A program made the position numbers and the translations under genes. A stretch of DNA of 64,000 bases from Octopus sinensis (lineage: Eukaryota). The stretch spans positions 142,104,001-142,168,000 of the forward strand of contig NC_042999.1 of the NCBI RefSeq assembly GCF_006345805.1, written 5' to 3'. Shown here piece by piece: positions 51,129-63,936 of the stretch. Positions within the stretch are counted from its first letter, which is position 1, and every line of letters starts with the position of its first letter. The notes under the pieces are model-generated. The model saw only the letters and a list, made by a program, of their open reading frames with translations. It was not told the DNA's origin and ran no database searches.

Positions 51129-51545
51129 TATATATATATATATGCATTTGCATATGTATGCATGTATGTGTATGTATGTACATTTGCCTCTCTGTATGTT
51201 TGTATCCATGTTCATGTGTCTGTATGTGTGTATGGGGGGTTATATGCATCTGAGTATGGGCCGTACATGTGTGTGGTTTTATGCCTGTAGATTGTGTCTC
51301 TTTGCCAGCCAGCCTGTCTGTCTGTCTGTCTGTCTGTCAGTGTCAATCTTTCTGTCTGTCTTCTAATCAAGACTACACCCGTATATATAACCTTTACAGC
51401 TTTATCAATTTACAACTGAATTCTTTAATTACATGGGATTTTCCGTTTTGTATTGAAAAACTATTTAAACTGCAAAAAAAAAAAAAACCAAAAACGAAAT
51501 AGTCCTTAAATGGAATGAAATAAAATAAAATAAAATAAACATATA

Positions 51546-51929
51546 GGCGCAAGAGTGGCTGTGTGGTAAGTAGCTTGCTTAGCAACCACATGGTTCCGGG
51601 TTCAGTCCCACTGCGTGGCACCTTGGGCAAGTGTCTTCTACTATAGCCCCGATTGCCTTGTGATTGGATTTGGTAGACGGAAACTGAAAGAAGCCCGTCG
51701 TATATATGTATATATATGTATGTGTTTGTTCCCTTAGCGTTCCTTGACAACCGATGCTGGTGTGTTTACGTCCCCGTTACTTAGCGGTTCGGCAAAAAGA
51801 GACCGATAGAATAAGTACTGGGCTTACAAAAGAATAAGTCCCGGGGACGATTTGCTCGACTAAAGGCGGTGCTCCAGCATGGCCGCAGTCAAATGACTGA
51901 AACAAGTAAAAGAGTAAGAGAGTAAAGAG
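51546..51929 (+). mobile_element. Full-length SINE family 1 (reference-like copy, about 380 bp)
   Basis: tRNA-like head, body, short internal (TA)/(TG), 3' half, (GAGTAA)-like tail. Confidence 0.85.
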
Positions 51930-52156
51930 CCCTTAAATGGAAGAAAATAAAATAAAATAAAATAAATAAAAACAACAAACAAATAACAAGTATTTAGAGT
52001 AAATATTTCCACATGCTAAAACAAAAAGGAGGTTAACTGCACTAGAGGAAGTCAGTCTATTTGCTGCTGGGGTTGGAATGTTTGGTGGAGGGAAGCCGAA
52101 ATGGTATGAGAAATCAGATACCGAAGACAACCATTTCATAGATTTGACAAATAATC

Positions 52157-52790
52157 TTTTCTACTCTAGGCACAAGGCCCGAAATTATTGGAGAGGGAGC
52201 CAGTCGCTTAGATCGATCCCAGGACGCAACTGATACTTAATTCATCGACACCCGAAAGGATGAAAGGCAAGATGAAATACCTATTTCTTTACTACCCACA
52301 AGGGGCTAAACATAGAGGGGACAAACAAGGACAGACATAGGCATTAAGTCGATTACACAGAACCCAGTGCATAATTGGTACTTAATTTATCGACCCCTGA
52401 AAGGATGAAAGGCAAGATGAAATACCTATTTTTTTATTACCCACAAGGGGCTAAACATAGAGGGGACAAACAAGGACAGACATAGGCATTAAGTTGACTA
52501 CATCGACCCCAGTGCGTAACTGGTACTTAATTTATCGACCCCGAAAGGATGAAAGGCAAGATGAAATACCGATTTCTTTATTACCTACAAGGGACTAAAC
52601 ATAGAGGGGACAAACAAGGACAGACATAGGCATTAAGTTGTCTACATCGACCCCAGTGCGTAACTGGTACTTAATTTATCGACCCTGAAAGGATGAAAGG
52701 CACAGTCGACCTCGGTGGAATTTGAACTCAGAACGTAACGGCAGACGAAATACCGCTAAGCATTTCGCCCGGAGTGCTAACGTTTCTGCC
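52157..52790 (-). mobile_element. SINE family 2 with three tandem internal modules of about 144 bp
   Basis: gaaaggatgaaaggca recurs at 52254, 52399, 52543 and 52687. Confidence 0.85.
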
Positions 52791-53105
52791 ACCTTCCATT
52801 TCTTTCAGTTTCTGCCTACCAACGAGCTTCTTTCAGTTTCCTTCAACCAAATCCACTCACAAGGCTTTGGTTGGCCCAAGGCTATAGCAAAAGACACTTG
52901 CCCAAGTTGCCACGAAGTGGGACTGAACCTGGAATCATGTGCTTGGGAAGCAAGCTTCTTATTGCCTATTTCTTATTTCTTTATTGACCACAAGGGGCTA
53001 AACACAGAGGAGAGAAACAAGGACAGACAAAGGGATTTAGTCGATTACATTGACCCCAGTGCGTAACTGGTACTTAATTTATATATATATATATATATAT
53101 ATATA

Positions 53106-54121
53106 CTAGCAGTATCGCCCGGCGTTGCTCGGGTTTGTAAGGGAAATAACTATATAAGCATTTTTAGAGAGTTACTTCCCTTATAGACGCCAATTCGGGC
53201 TTTCTTAGCCATTTCTGTTTTGGTGTCTTCAAGCCATGAAGTCGTTGTTCTAAAAGAACGCTGGTCTCCTTGACAACGCTTTACGACGTTGATTTCCTTA
53301 CACTCCCTTCCCCACAGCTTCACGAGGGAGGGAAGAAGGGGGAGAAGCAAACAGGTGCAGGTATGACCATGGACGCCAACTGCGTGCCATCGACACACGA
53401 AAAAATATGCATTAAAATGGAATAAAAAATTATGTTAAATTATTTTTAAAATCGTAGACTCATCGTTGACGCGCGCTAATAGTCAGACGGGCTCGATATG
53501 AATCACGACTATAAGATACCCGAATTTGGTTAAACTGCACCGCAAAATGTGGGAGTAGTTAGGAATCTAAATCGAAGGTGACAGACACTCACACAACTAG
53601 AGTTTTATACATATACTAGCAGTATCGCCCGGCGTTGCTCGGGTTTGTAAGGGAAATAACTATATAAGCATTTTTAGAGAGTTACTTCCCTTATAAATTC
53701 GGGCTTTCTTAGCCATTTTTGTTTTGGTGTCTTCAAGCCATGAAGTCGTTGTTCTAAAAGAACGCTGGCTTCCTTCACAACGCATTACGACGTTGATTTC
53801 TTTACACTCCGTTCCCCACAGCTTCACGAGGGAGGGAAGGGGGAGAAGCAAACAGGTGCAGCTGTGAGCGTGGACGCCAACTCCGCCGCCATCGACACAC
53901 GATGCATTTTATGCATTAAAATGGAATAAAAAAGGATGTTAAATTATTTTTAAAATCGTAGACTCATCGTTGACGCGCGCTAATAGTCAGACGGGCTCGA
54001 TATGAATCACGACTATAAGATACCCGAATTTGGTTAAACTGCACCGCAAAATGTGGGAGGAGTTAGGAATCTAAATCGAAGGGGACAGACACTCACACAA
54101 CTAGAGTTTTATATATATAGA
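53106..54121 (-). mobile_element. Head-to-tail tandem of two type-A Helitrons (53106-53615, 53616-54121)
   Basis: CTAG plus hairpin at 53106 and 53616; TC end at 54121; left flank is (TA)n. Confidence 0.9.
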
Positions 54122-54964
54122 TATATGTTTAACTGTAGCTGCGTTGTTAAGAAGCTCGCCTCTCGACTACGGTACGTCGAGTTACGTCTGTTTGTGTAAA
54201 AAAGGAAAATGTAAAACCAAAAACAGTGGATTCTATTGTACGATCAACTGAATTATCTACCCTTGAAATAACGTGTTTGTGATTTAGCATTCACAGACAC
54301 GTGTATCCTGAATATATTCTCAAGTAGAGTCTGTGTGACCAGTACGTACCTTTTGATAACAGGTATAAACCTTCTGGTGGGCTTCGGTACAGTTTTTCTC
54401 TATCCAATTTTATTCACAAGGCATGGGTCGATCCGAGGCTGGAGAAAATGACATTTGCCCTAGAAGCTATGCAGTGGAATTGAACCTAGGACCTTGTGGT
54501 TACGAAGCGAACTGCTTAGCCATTCACCCGTGCTGCATTTACACCAAAAACACTGTACTAAAAAGACAGTCGTACCCTGTCCCCTCGACAAAATACATTA
54601 GCCGTAGCACAGCGCTAGAGAAAAAATTATTCCGCGACCGCCAAACTTAACATCATTTCTGAGTGTTGTCTCTTCTCTTTACCTTTCTGGATAAATAAGT
54701 ACTTTTGAAAAACATAGTGTCAATGTAATTAATTGTATTTCTTAGAGCGGCGAGCTAGCAGAATTGTTGGCTTAGTGGCATTTCGTCCGTCTTTGCGTTC
54801 TGAGTTCAGTTTTCTGCCGGGATCGAATTTGCCTTTGATTTCTTTCGAGGCCGATAAAATAAGTACCAGTTAAGTACTATTGTCGATGTAATCGACTTAA
54901 CCCCTCGCTCAAAATTTGTCAAAATTTGAAACCAATATGATTAATTGTATTTCTCTCGCCCTAA

Positions 54965-55747
54965 GGCGGCGAGCTAGCAGAAACGTTAGCACACCGGGCG
55001 AAATGCGTAGCTGTATTTCGTCTGCCGCTACGTTCTAAGTTCAAATTCCGCCGAGGTCGACTTTGCCTTTCATCCTTTCGGGGTCGATTAAATAAGTACC
55101 AGTTACGCACTGGGGTCGATATAATCGACTTAATCCGTTTGTCTGTCCTTGTTTGTCCTCTCTGTGTTTAGCCCCTTGTGGGTGGTAAAGAAATAGGTAT
55201 TTCGTTTGTCGTTACGTTCTGAGCTCAAATTCCGCCGAGGTTGGCTTTGCCTTTCATCCTTTCGGGGTCGATAAATTAAATACCAGTTACGAACTGGGGT
55301 CGATGTAATCGACTTAATCCGTTTGTCTGTCCTTGTTTGTCCTCTCTGTGTTTAGCCCCTTGTGGGTGGTAAAGAAATAGGTATTTCGTTTGTCGTTACG
55401 TTCTGAGCTCAAATTCCGCCGAGGTTGGCTTTGCCTTTCATCCTTTCGGGGTCGATAAATTAAATACCAGTTACGAACTGGGGTCGATGTAATCGACTTA
55501 ATCCCTTTGTCCTTGTTTGTCCCCTCTATGTTTAGCCCTTTGTGGGCAATAAAGAAATAAGAATCATTAGCACCGAGGACAAAATGCTCAGCGGCATTTC
55601 TTCCAGTTCTGTACATTTTGAGTTCAACTCTCACCGCCGCGGTCGACTTGCCTTTCATCCCTTCAGGGTCGATAAAATAAAATACCAGTCAAGTACTAGG
55701 GGTCGTTATAATCAACTTGCCCCTCTTCTCAAAAATTGCTGGCCTTG
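54965..55747 (+). mobile_element. SINE family 2 with tandem 184-bp internal modules
   Basis: Module starts at 55027, 55211 and 55395, followed by a diverged terminal module. Confidence 0.85.
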
Positions 55748-56104
55748 AGCACTGCAATGAGCTGGTGTGCCATTCAAGAGAATGTTGTGATTTCAGTCAT
55801 TTATACCCTATGGAAACCAGGCAAGCGGTCTTGTGAATCCGAATCCAGGTAAAAAAAAAAGGAAAAAGTTACAGGAAAAAAAGTCACAGGGGTTTTGTCC
55901 AGGGGGTGGGGGTTGTCCGATGGGCTTCTGTCCTAGGGAGGTTTTGTCCGGATTCCATTTGTCTGTCCTTTTTTTCCTAGCCAAAATTGTGACTCTATTA
56001 CTGTGACTTTATTACCGGTCACCGTGAGTTCTAGGGATCAAGAGTAATTTAAGCCAAAAAAATAAACATTGGTATTCTAGCTTTGTACATATGTTAGAGA
56101 TACT

Positions 56105-56577
56105 AGTGTAGGACAAAAGTCCCCCCAGGACGAAAGTGCCTCGGACAAAAGCCCCATAGTTAAGGTGTGAAAGTGGAAAAAAGCCCCACGGTTATATTTT
56201 CTGATTATTATTTTTTTCGGTTTTTTCACCTTTTACTTGTTTCAGTCATTAGACTGCAGCCATGCTGCGGCACAGCCTTCAAGAATTTTTAGTTAAACGT
56301 ATCGCCCCTAGAATTTTTTTCTTCTTTTTACTTGTAACAGTTATTAGATTGCGGTCGGCCATGCTGGGTTCCATACAGCCATCTAAAAATTCTTCAAGGT
56401 GGTGCCACAGCATGGCCACCCGCAGTCTAATAACTGCAACAAGTAAAAATAAAAAAAATTCTGGAGACGATACATTCAACTAAAAATTCTAAAAACGAAA
56501 AATGTAACCATGGGGATTTTGTCCTAGGGGGCTTTTGGCGGAGGGGCTTTTGGCGGGGGGGCTTTTGTTCGGACCCC
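56105..56577. mobile_element. MITE-like element with subterminal ggacaaaagcccc / ggggcttttgtcc repeats, interrupted by SINE-derived DNA
   Basis: Inverted arrays of the short motif at both ends. Confidence 0.5.
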
Positions 56578-58655
56578 TAGAGATACATATTTTAACGCTT
56601 TGCTAAAGGCGGTTTAATGATAACTGAAGTATCTCGTGATGCATAGCAATGACACTTTGTAAGTGTTTTTTAATTCTTTTCCATCCCACACTGTTGATAA
56701 AATATAGGTTATGTCAATTTTAAAATTGCTCATTGTCTTGCGTCAATTTCGGAAATCATTATTTTTATGTCGAAATGTATTTTAGAGTACAATCTTTTGT
56801 ACACAGATGATCTCAATATTTCTTTTACTGTAACAACCAACAGTGTTTGCTCCTCTGAAGGAGCTAGCTACATACCCCCTCCGGCTAGACCCTCCCTATT
56901 TAATCGTATCTACCCCTCTTCCTTTTTACTCTCTCTTTACCCTCCACATCCCAAACTATTCACTTTTACTCAATCTTACCTCCCTGGATAGCAACCTTCT
57001 GGAACTTGCTTTCCCACCCATATTCTTTACTTTCTTACTCTCATCAATCGATTCACAAACGTTCAAACTCAAAATAATCAACCATATTTATTTTAATTTT
57101 CAGCTAAGTTACACAGATACTACCCGCCACGTTAGCTCTCCCTTAAACTAACCGATAATAAAGAAACAAAGCTATTACACTCTTCCAATTTGAGGTCATG
57201 ACAGTTAATGGAATGTACCACAGAAAGAAAGTTTTAAAAAATACACTAGAATTTCAAGGCTGCACATTAGTCTTCTTACACAAAAGAGTATCTGTCAAGT
57301 GACAGATGTTTTCTCCGTTAAAGTCGGTTACTGGAGTTACAGCATTTATATTCAGCATTATTACTAGTTCTTGTTTACATAACGTTGAGCACATAACGAC
57401 CACTATTTCAGGCTAATTGGTCAATTTCTTATCCTGTTATAGAACTTCCTTCGTTCCCATATATTCATAGTTATTCCGTTTCTTTTCCTCTTTTCTTTTT
57501 CTCTCGTTCTTGTTTTACTTTCTTTTTTTAGAGTGTTAAGCCCTTGGAGAAAATTCTTAAGATTATTGTGAAAGGGTAGAGACTAGACTTTCTTTCTGTT
57601 TATTTTTCTGACATATTTTTGTATTTCTGGAAAGAGAAATGGGTGTAGCGTTCGCGAAACATATACATACATACGCACGCACGCACACACGCGCGCACGC
57701 ACAAAGTAAGTCAGAATGTTTCAGAACTGAATGTATATTTATTTAATCAAGTAATTTGCATTACGGTCGTTTCGCAACTTACTCTATGAATTATAATTTT
57801 CAGTATGCAAGAAATTATGCGCACATGTTTGCATTGAAATGTAAGCCCATCATTATACAATATACATATGTTTAAATGTATGTATGTATGCATGTATGTA
57901 TGTATGTATGTATGTATGTATGTATGTATGTATGTATGTATGTATGTTTGTATGTATGTATGTTTGTATGCATGTATGTATCTATGTTTGTATGTATGTA
58001 TGTTTGTATCTATGTATGTATGTATGTATGTATGTATGTATGTATGTATGTATGTATGTATGTATGTATATATGTATATACACACACGCTCCTCTCCTTT
58101 ATCATTAATTATAAGATAAAAATACACTTAGCAACCATATAATGCATTTTTTGCCGTGGTGCTGGCCAAGTATAAAAAGTTGGAAACCATGGAAATTTTA
58201 CTAAAGATGTCAATTTGTCCGGCCTCTTCACCATCCTTCACAGCCTACTCCTTATAGGATATACCAACATAAAACGACGTGAGTGAAATATGCCTACCCA
58301 TGAAATAGAGGACTTAAACACATTTAGGGAAGTCTTTCATTACTACTAGTGAGAAGTTTTAGTTAAATGAATTAGATATAGGTCAGTTTTTATTGCACAC
58401 ACACACACGCACGCACGCAAACTGTTATATATTAATATATATGTATGTATCCATACGAATCCGTATGCATATATGTTGCTACTTATATATATATATATAT
58501 ATATTTAAATATATATATATACATTATATACATATATATGTGTATATATATAACTTTTAAAATTAACATGCATACACATACATACATACACATACATACA
58601 TACATACATACATACACACATATATATATATATACACATACATATGTATATATAT

Positions 58656-58716
<61 letters not shown>

Positions 58717-58799
58717 ACGCCCACATACGCATGCACAAATTGTACAACATTATTCTATACATTTGTAGTTAGTTGGAAAGGCAGAGTAACTATCACTGT

Positions 58800-58846
<47 letters not shown>

Positions 58847-59134
58847 ATATATATATAGATATAGATATATATATATATATGCATATATACAATGTGCGTG
58901 TGTCTATATATATATATATGTGTGTGTGTATATAATGTGTGTATATATATAAGTATATTGTGTCTGGGGAGAGTCATTCTCTTTTAGTGCCTTATTACTT
59001 AACACGCTATTGTTCTATTGGTGTTACTATCGTTGCAACAACAATGCCAGCAACCATAGCAACAACAACTAGAACGATATTAACACCAGTAGTATTCTAC
59101 ACTCTGTCTTCTATAACCCCAACAACAAATTATA

Positions 59135-59990
59135 CGACATGAGGAGGATCCACCCCACAGACTTACCCTTCAACAAAAGGGTATGTATCCCACCATAGAG
59201 TGACAGTGAGACAGAGGCAAAGATTTCATTAGCTAGAAATAGACTCCGACACATCTTAGACCGGTACCACAAAACCACTAAAAACATAATGAGGGGGAAA
59301 CCCACTAACTCAGTTCATCTGTTGCCAAAGGCCTACAAAAACTGAAACAGCGAATCAGGAACAGGGAATTAGTGCGCCTCCCTACGGACAAGTCTGGCAG
59401 ACTGTCGACACCCCACAGAACAATATCCAGACCGTGCAACAACAGTAGCATGAGAGTAACAAATGTTTGTGACAAAGCAAACAGGGTGAACACGTAGTAC
59501 AAGACTGATAAATATCAAGGAGTGATGTTTGTAGAGGTCACAGCCCATGGAGCTCGAAGATTCACGAAAACTCTGAAGGAAGCCAAATTCAACATTAAGA
59601 TCGTTGAAAAATCAGGGAGCTCAATCAGATGACAACTATGAAGAACGTACTCCCTTTGAGAATACCACATGCACCAGTGATGACTACATGGTACGTATGA
59701 TTAACCCTGGTATTAACTGTAGAACTAGAAATTCAGTTTACAGCATAAGGTGCATAGAGGGTTCTTGTAAAGACAAGAACATGAAACACCTAGGTGAGAC
59801 ATCTATAAGTGTTGAGGTGAGACTAAATGGACATTTGAGACAATATGACGACAAAAAACAGTCTTACATACTCTACCAACATGCCAAAGACCAGCATGGA
59901 GGTACACCGTATCAATTTGACATCCGCATTTTATCCAAGCACCCGCAGGACTCAACACTCAGACAAATACAAGAGTACGTATTTGCGTAA
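59135..59990 (+). mobile_element. Penelope-like remnant lacking the RT core
   Basis: Pre-RT motif PTDKSGRLS, then linker VMFVEVT..TLKEAKFNIKIVEKSG, then GIY-YIG (C..C...LGETS...RLNGH...HAKDQH...TLRQIQE); homologous to the 32.6-33.7 kb element. Confidence 0.78.
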
Positions 59991-60071
59991 TGTGTCTGTC
60001 AATTATACATTTGTGTGTGTGAGTGTGTGTACGCTCGCTCGTATGTATGCAAAATTCTTTTTTAGAACGAT

Positions 60072-60241
60072 GAATCTCGATGTAGACAAAGCTATAAATA
60101 ATAGTGTGTAAATAGGCTTGAAAAACCTTCGGATAGAAAAAGATAAGTTCTATGGCTAGCCTTCGACTTTTTCTATCCAAAAGATATTTTTAACCCAATA
60201 TTTTCACGCTATTATTTGTAACTTTATCTGCTTCGAGATTC
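60072..60241. repeat. Diverged fold-back, arms of about 72 bp, 24-bp loop
   Basis: gaatctcga...ggatagaaaaag versus ctttttctatcc...tcgagattc; roughly 75% identity by eye. Confidence 0.75.
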
Positions 60242-60316
60242 ACAGTTCCGAAAACAAAAGAGAATTATTTCACGATCTCGAAGTTTCTAAATTCTTTTGA
60301 CGCCAGTAACAACAAT

Positions 60317-60394
<78 letters not shown>

Positions 60395-60550
60395 CTCATG
60401 TATTGTGTTCTAATTCTCTTGTTCCACCAAACGCATTAACACAATTCATATACATATATATACACATACACAGTGATAGTTACTCTGCCTTTCCAACTAA
60501 CTACAAATGTATAGAATAATGTTGTACAATTTGTGCATGTGTATGTGGGC

Positions 60551-60623
<73 letters not shown>

Positions 60624-60648
60624 GTATGTGTATATATATATATATGCG

Positions 60649-60687
<39 letters not shown>

Positions 60688-61424
60688 ATGTATGTATGTA
60701 TGTATGTATGTATGTATGTATGTATGTATGTATGTGTATGCATGTTAATTTTAAAAGTTATTTTAACACGATCTCTGTCTCTCTGCCTCTCACACATACA
60801 CACCTCTGTACAAATCTGCAAAATCTATTGTTAGCAATTTATTTCTCACCACAGAGCTCTTTCTTTCTGCTAGTTTCTTCATTAATTTGCACCTGCCCCT
60901 TTTTATTTCTTCTTCCTTTCTTTCACCTAGATAATACCATATCTACCTACACCTCACACTTCTTCGCACTATAAGCAACTCTTTCAGTTTCTCTCCTCAA
61001 CCTATCCAGCCTCCTCCTCACGATTATAGTTCAAGCTGTTGAGAATCGTGTATCTTCTTGCAATCGTTTGGTAGGGTGAATCCAAGCACATACATTTATC
61101 ATGTGATTTGTTAGTCTAGATATCAAGGCAATAACTGCCGATTAGTGCCTGTATACCCACCAAGTACCCAATATGGTATTGGATAAGGTTCCGAAAGCAT
61201 CAATCTGAAAATAGCAACTTTCACTTATCCAATTACCAGGTGTTATCAGCACTAGTATTCAAAAGAGGACAATAGAGTACAAAAGGTAGCGAAGCAGCAA
61301 CTGTGTGAAGAAGTTAGATAGTGGATCGTGATAGGGCTGAAAGAGGAGATGCGAATTTCTGTGATTTTTAATATACATACATACGTACGTCGCATGCACA
61401 CACACACACGTGTATGTATGTGTG

Positions 61425-61480
<56 letters not shown>

Positions 61481-61546
61481 TAAAAATAGTAAGACAACAA
61501 AAGAAAGAAAGAGACCTCGATATTATGTAAATAGAGGAATTTATCT

Positions 61547-61654
61547 GTAAAGTAATATGTGAGAATTATTCGGTAGCCATGATAAAACTCTACCTCGGCA
61601 TCCGAAACTCGGAGTTTCATCATGGCTACCGAATAATTGTCACATATTACATTT

Positions 61655-61656
<2 letters not shown>
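61547..61656. repeat. Near-perfect hairpin, 44-bp arms, 21-nt loop
   Basis: gtaatatgtga(g)aattattcggtagccatgat(a)aaactc versus gagtttcatcatggctaccgaataattgtcacatattac. Confidence 0.92.
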
Positions 61657-61687
<31 letters not shown>

Positions 61688-61862
61688 ATATATATATATA
61701 TATAATATATATATATCAAATATATATTATATACATACATACATACATACATACATACATACATACATACATACATACATACATACACTCTCATACATAC
61801 AGGCACACACATATACATAAATGGAAAACAAAACAATAAATTGAACAATTATAAAGTCAATT

Positions 61863-61926
<64 letters not shown>

Positions 61927-62575
61927 TATATATATACACACACACACATATATATATACACATACATATATACATACACACACACACATATATATAAACA
62001 TATACATACATATAAGGAATAATTAAGATTCAGCTGAATTAAGTACTCAAGTTGAGGCACCAGGTCAGTCCAGTATGGTCCGCACAGCTCGAACTAAGGT
62101 GAATAAAAAGCAAATAAGCAACAAGGATATCCAGATATCAGTGCATTACGGCCATTTCAAGCAGCTCCATTTAATCGATCAATGAAAACATTGCATCAGT
62201 TTGAAATAAACTGCTCTCCTCAGAGCATACGACCATATATATTTCCAATATACAGGATACACCATTATAATTTTTTATCAAATTTTTCATCAGTACTAGA
62301 GACCAAAATAATTACATTCCTTCTCTTTGCTATTTTTGTGGCAGAATGACTTTAGGGAAAAAATACTTAAAGCCTACTGTAATTTAGAGTGGCAGAAGAA
62401 AATAATGGGGGTCAAGAAAGAGGAATGGTGATATAGCTACATTCATCTTTATCCTTATCACATTCAAAAGCCTCAATGCAGCAAATAATCTACAACACCT
62501 TAAAATTAAATCCAATGGGAATTGACAGTTAAGTTCTTGTTGGTGGTGATAAATGCCGGATACACAACCCTACCC

Positions 62576-62609
<34 letters not shown>

Positions 62610-63037
62610 TAATATATACATACATATGTGTGAGTATTTATATATATATATATTACGCACATACACACAGAGACCAAGCTAACTAGAACTTCAAATTTCG
62701 CCTAGTGGCTTGTTCAATGAATTTGACTACTTTAAGCATTGAGTCATCCCATCAGTAAATAATTTCGTTGTTATTCTTAAAATTACTTTAAAATAATAGC
62801 ATTATTGTACCCCCCCCCCCACCAACAAATATAAATTCATATATGTAACATTCCTATGCATAAAATAAAATGTAGTGTTATATTAATTATATGCAAAACA
62901 GTAAAGTAGAAGAAATGCAGAATTGGAAAAATGCCAACATACCAAAAATCGATAACTTATATACAACCTTCCTATCAGGAAAATTTTACAAAAGGGTTTA
63001 AAAAAATTTGCGCCATTAATTGAAAATAATTGGTTCC

Positions 63038-63240
63038 AAATTTTAGCACAAAGCCAGCAGTTTTGGTGGTTGAGGTAAGTTGATTACATCAACCCCAATG
63101 CTTAACTGGTACTTATTTTGTGGACCCCAAAGGGAAGGCAAAGTCGACCTCAACGGAATTTAAACTCAGAACCTAAAGACGGATGAAATGCCGCTAAGCA
63201 TTTTGCCCGGTGTGCTAACGATTCTGCCGGCTCGCTGCCC
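63038..63240 (-). mobile_element. SINE family 2, monomeric
   Basis: Head, Nin/Deu-like domain and tail in reverse complement. Confidence 0.75.
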
Positions 63241-63507
63241 GTAAAAAGTGTTCAGCAAGCCACTACAGAGAATCGAACCCTGTACTTCTTAAAATCTGAC
63301 TGACAGCTAATTAAGCTAAGCGATTCCTGGGGAGATTAATAGAAAAAAATTGTCATTTATAAAATATCTTGCAGAAATGGTATGCTATATTTAATAAAAA
63401 GAAATATACATATATCACAAGCATAACGAATACTTTTTGCGTTGAGCCTTTTAGCATCGGGCTCAGTAAAGATAAATTCAGTTTTTGGGTGAGAGCATTG
63501 AAATATA

Positions 63508-63728
63508 CTCTTAACTCTTTTACTTGTTTCAGTCATTTGACTGTGGCCATGCTGGAGCACCGCCTTTAATCGAGCAACTCGACCCCGGGACTTATTCTTT
63601 TGTGAGCCCAGTACTTATTCTATCGGTCTCTTTTGCCGAACCGCTAAGTAACGGGGACATAAACACACCAGCATCGACTGTCAAGCAATGCTAGGGGGAC
63701 AAACACAGACACACAAACACACACACGC

Positions 63729-63763
<35 letters not shown>

Positions 63764-63936
63764 ATATATATCTACGACGGGATTCTTTCAGTTTCCGTCT
63801 ACCAAATCCACTCACAAGGCTTTGGTCGGCCCGAGGCTATAGTAGAAGACACTTGCCCAAGGTGCCACGCAGTGGGACTGAACCCGGAACCATGTGGTTG
63901 GTAAACAAGCTACTTACCACACAGCCACTCCTATAG
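63508..63936 (-). mobile_element. Full-length SINE family 1
   Basis: Both halves with internal (CA)/(TA) tract. Confidence 0.85.

Larger units (their letters stand above)
58551..60760. repeat. Large inverted duplication (58551-58815 and 60455-60760) enclosing a PLE remnant
   Basis: Unique blocks aacttttaaaattaacatgcatacac and cgcccacat...gtacaacattattctatac...gtaactatcactgtg recur as reverse complements. Confidence 0.85.

Noticed and set aside
52254-55560. Regularly spaced repeats resembling CRISPR arrays
   Set aside because: Units are 144 or 184 bp SINE modules with no unique spacers and no cas genes, in a eukaryotic context.
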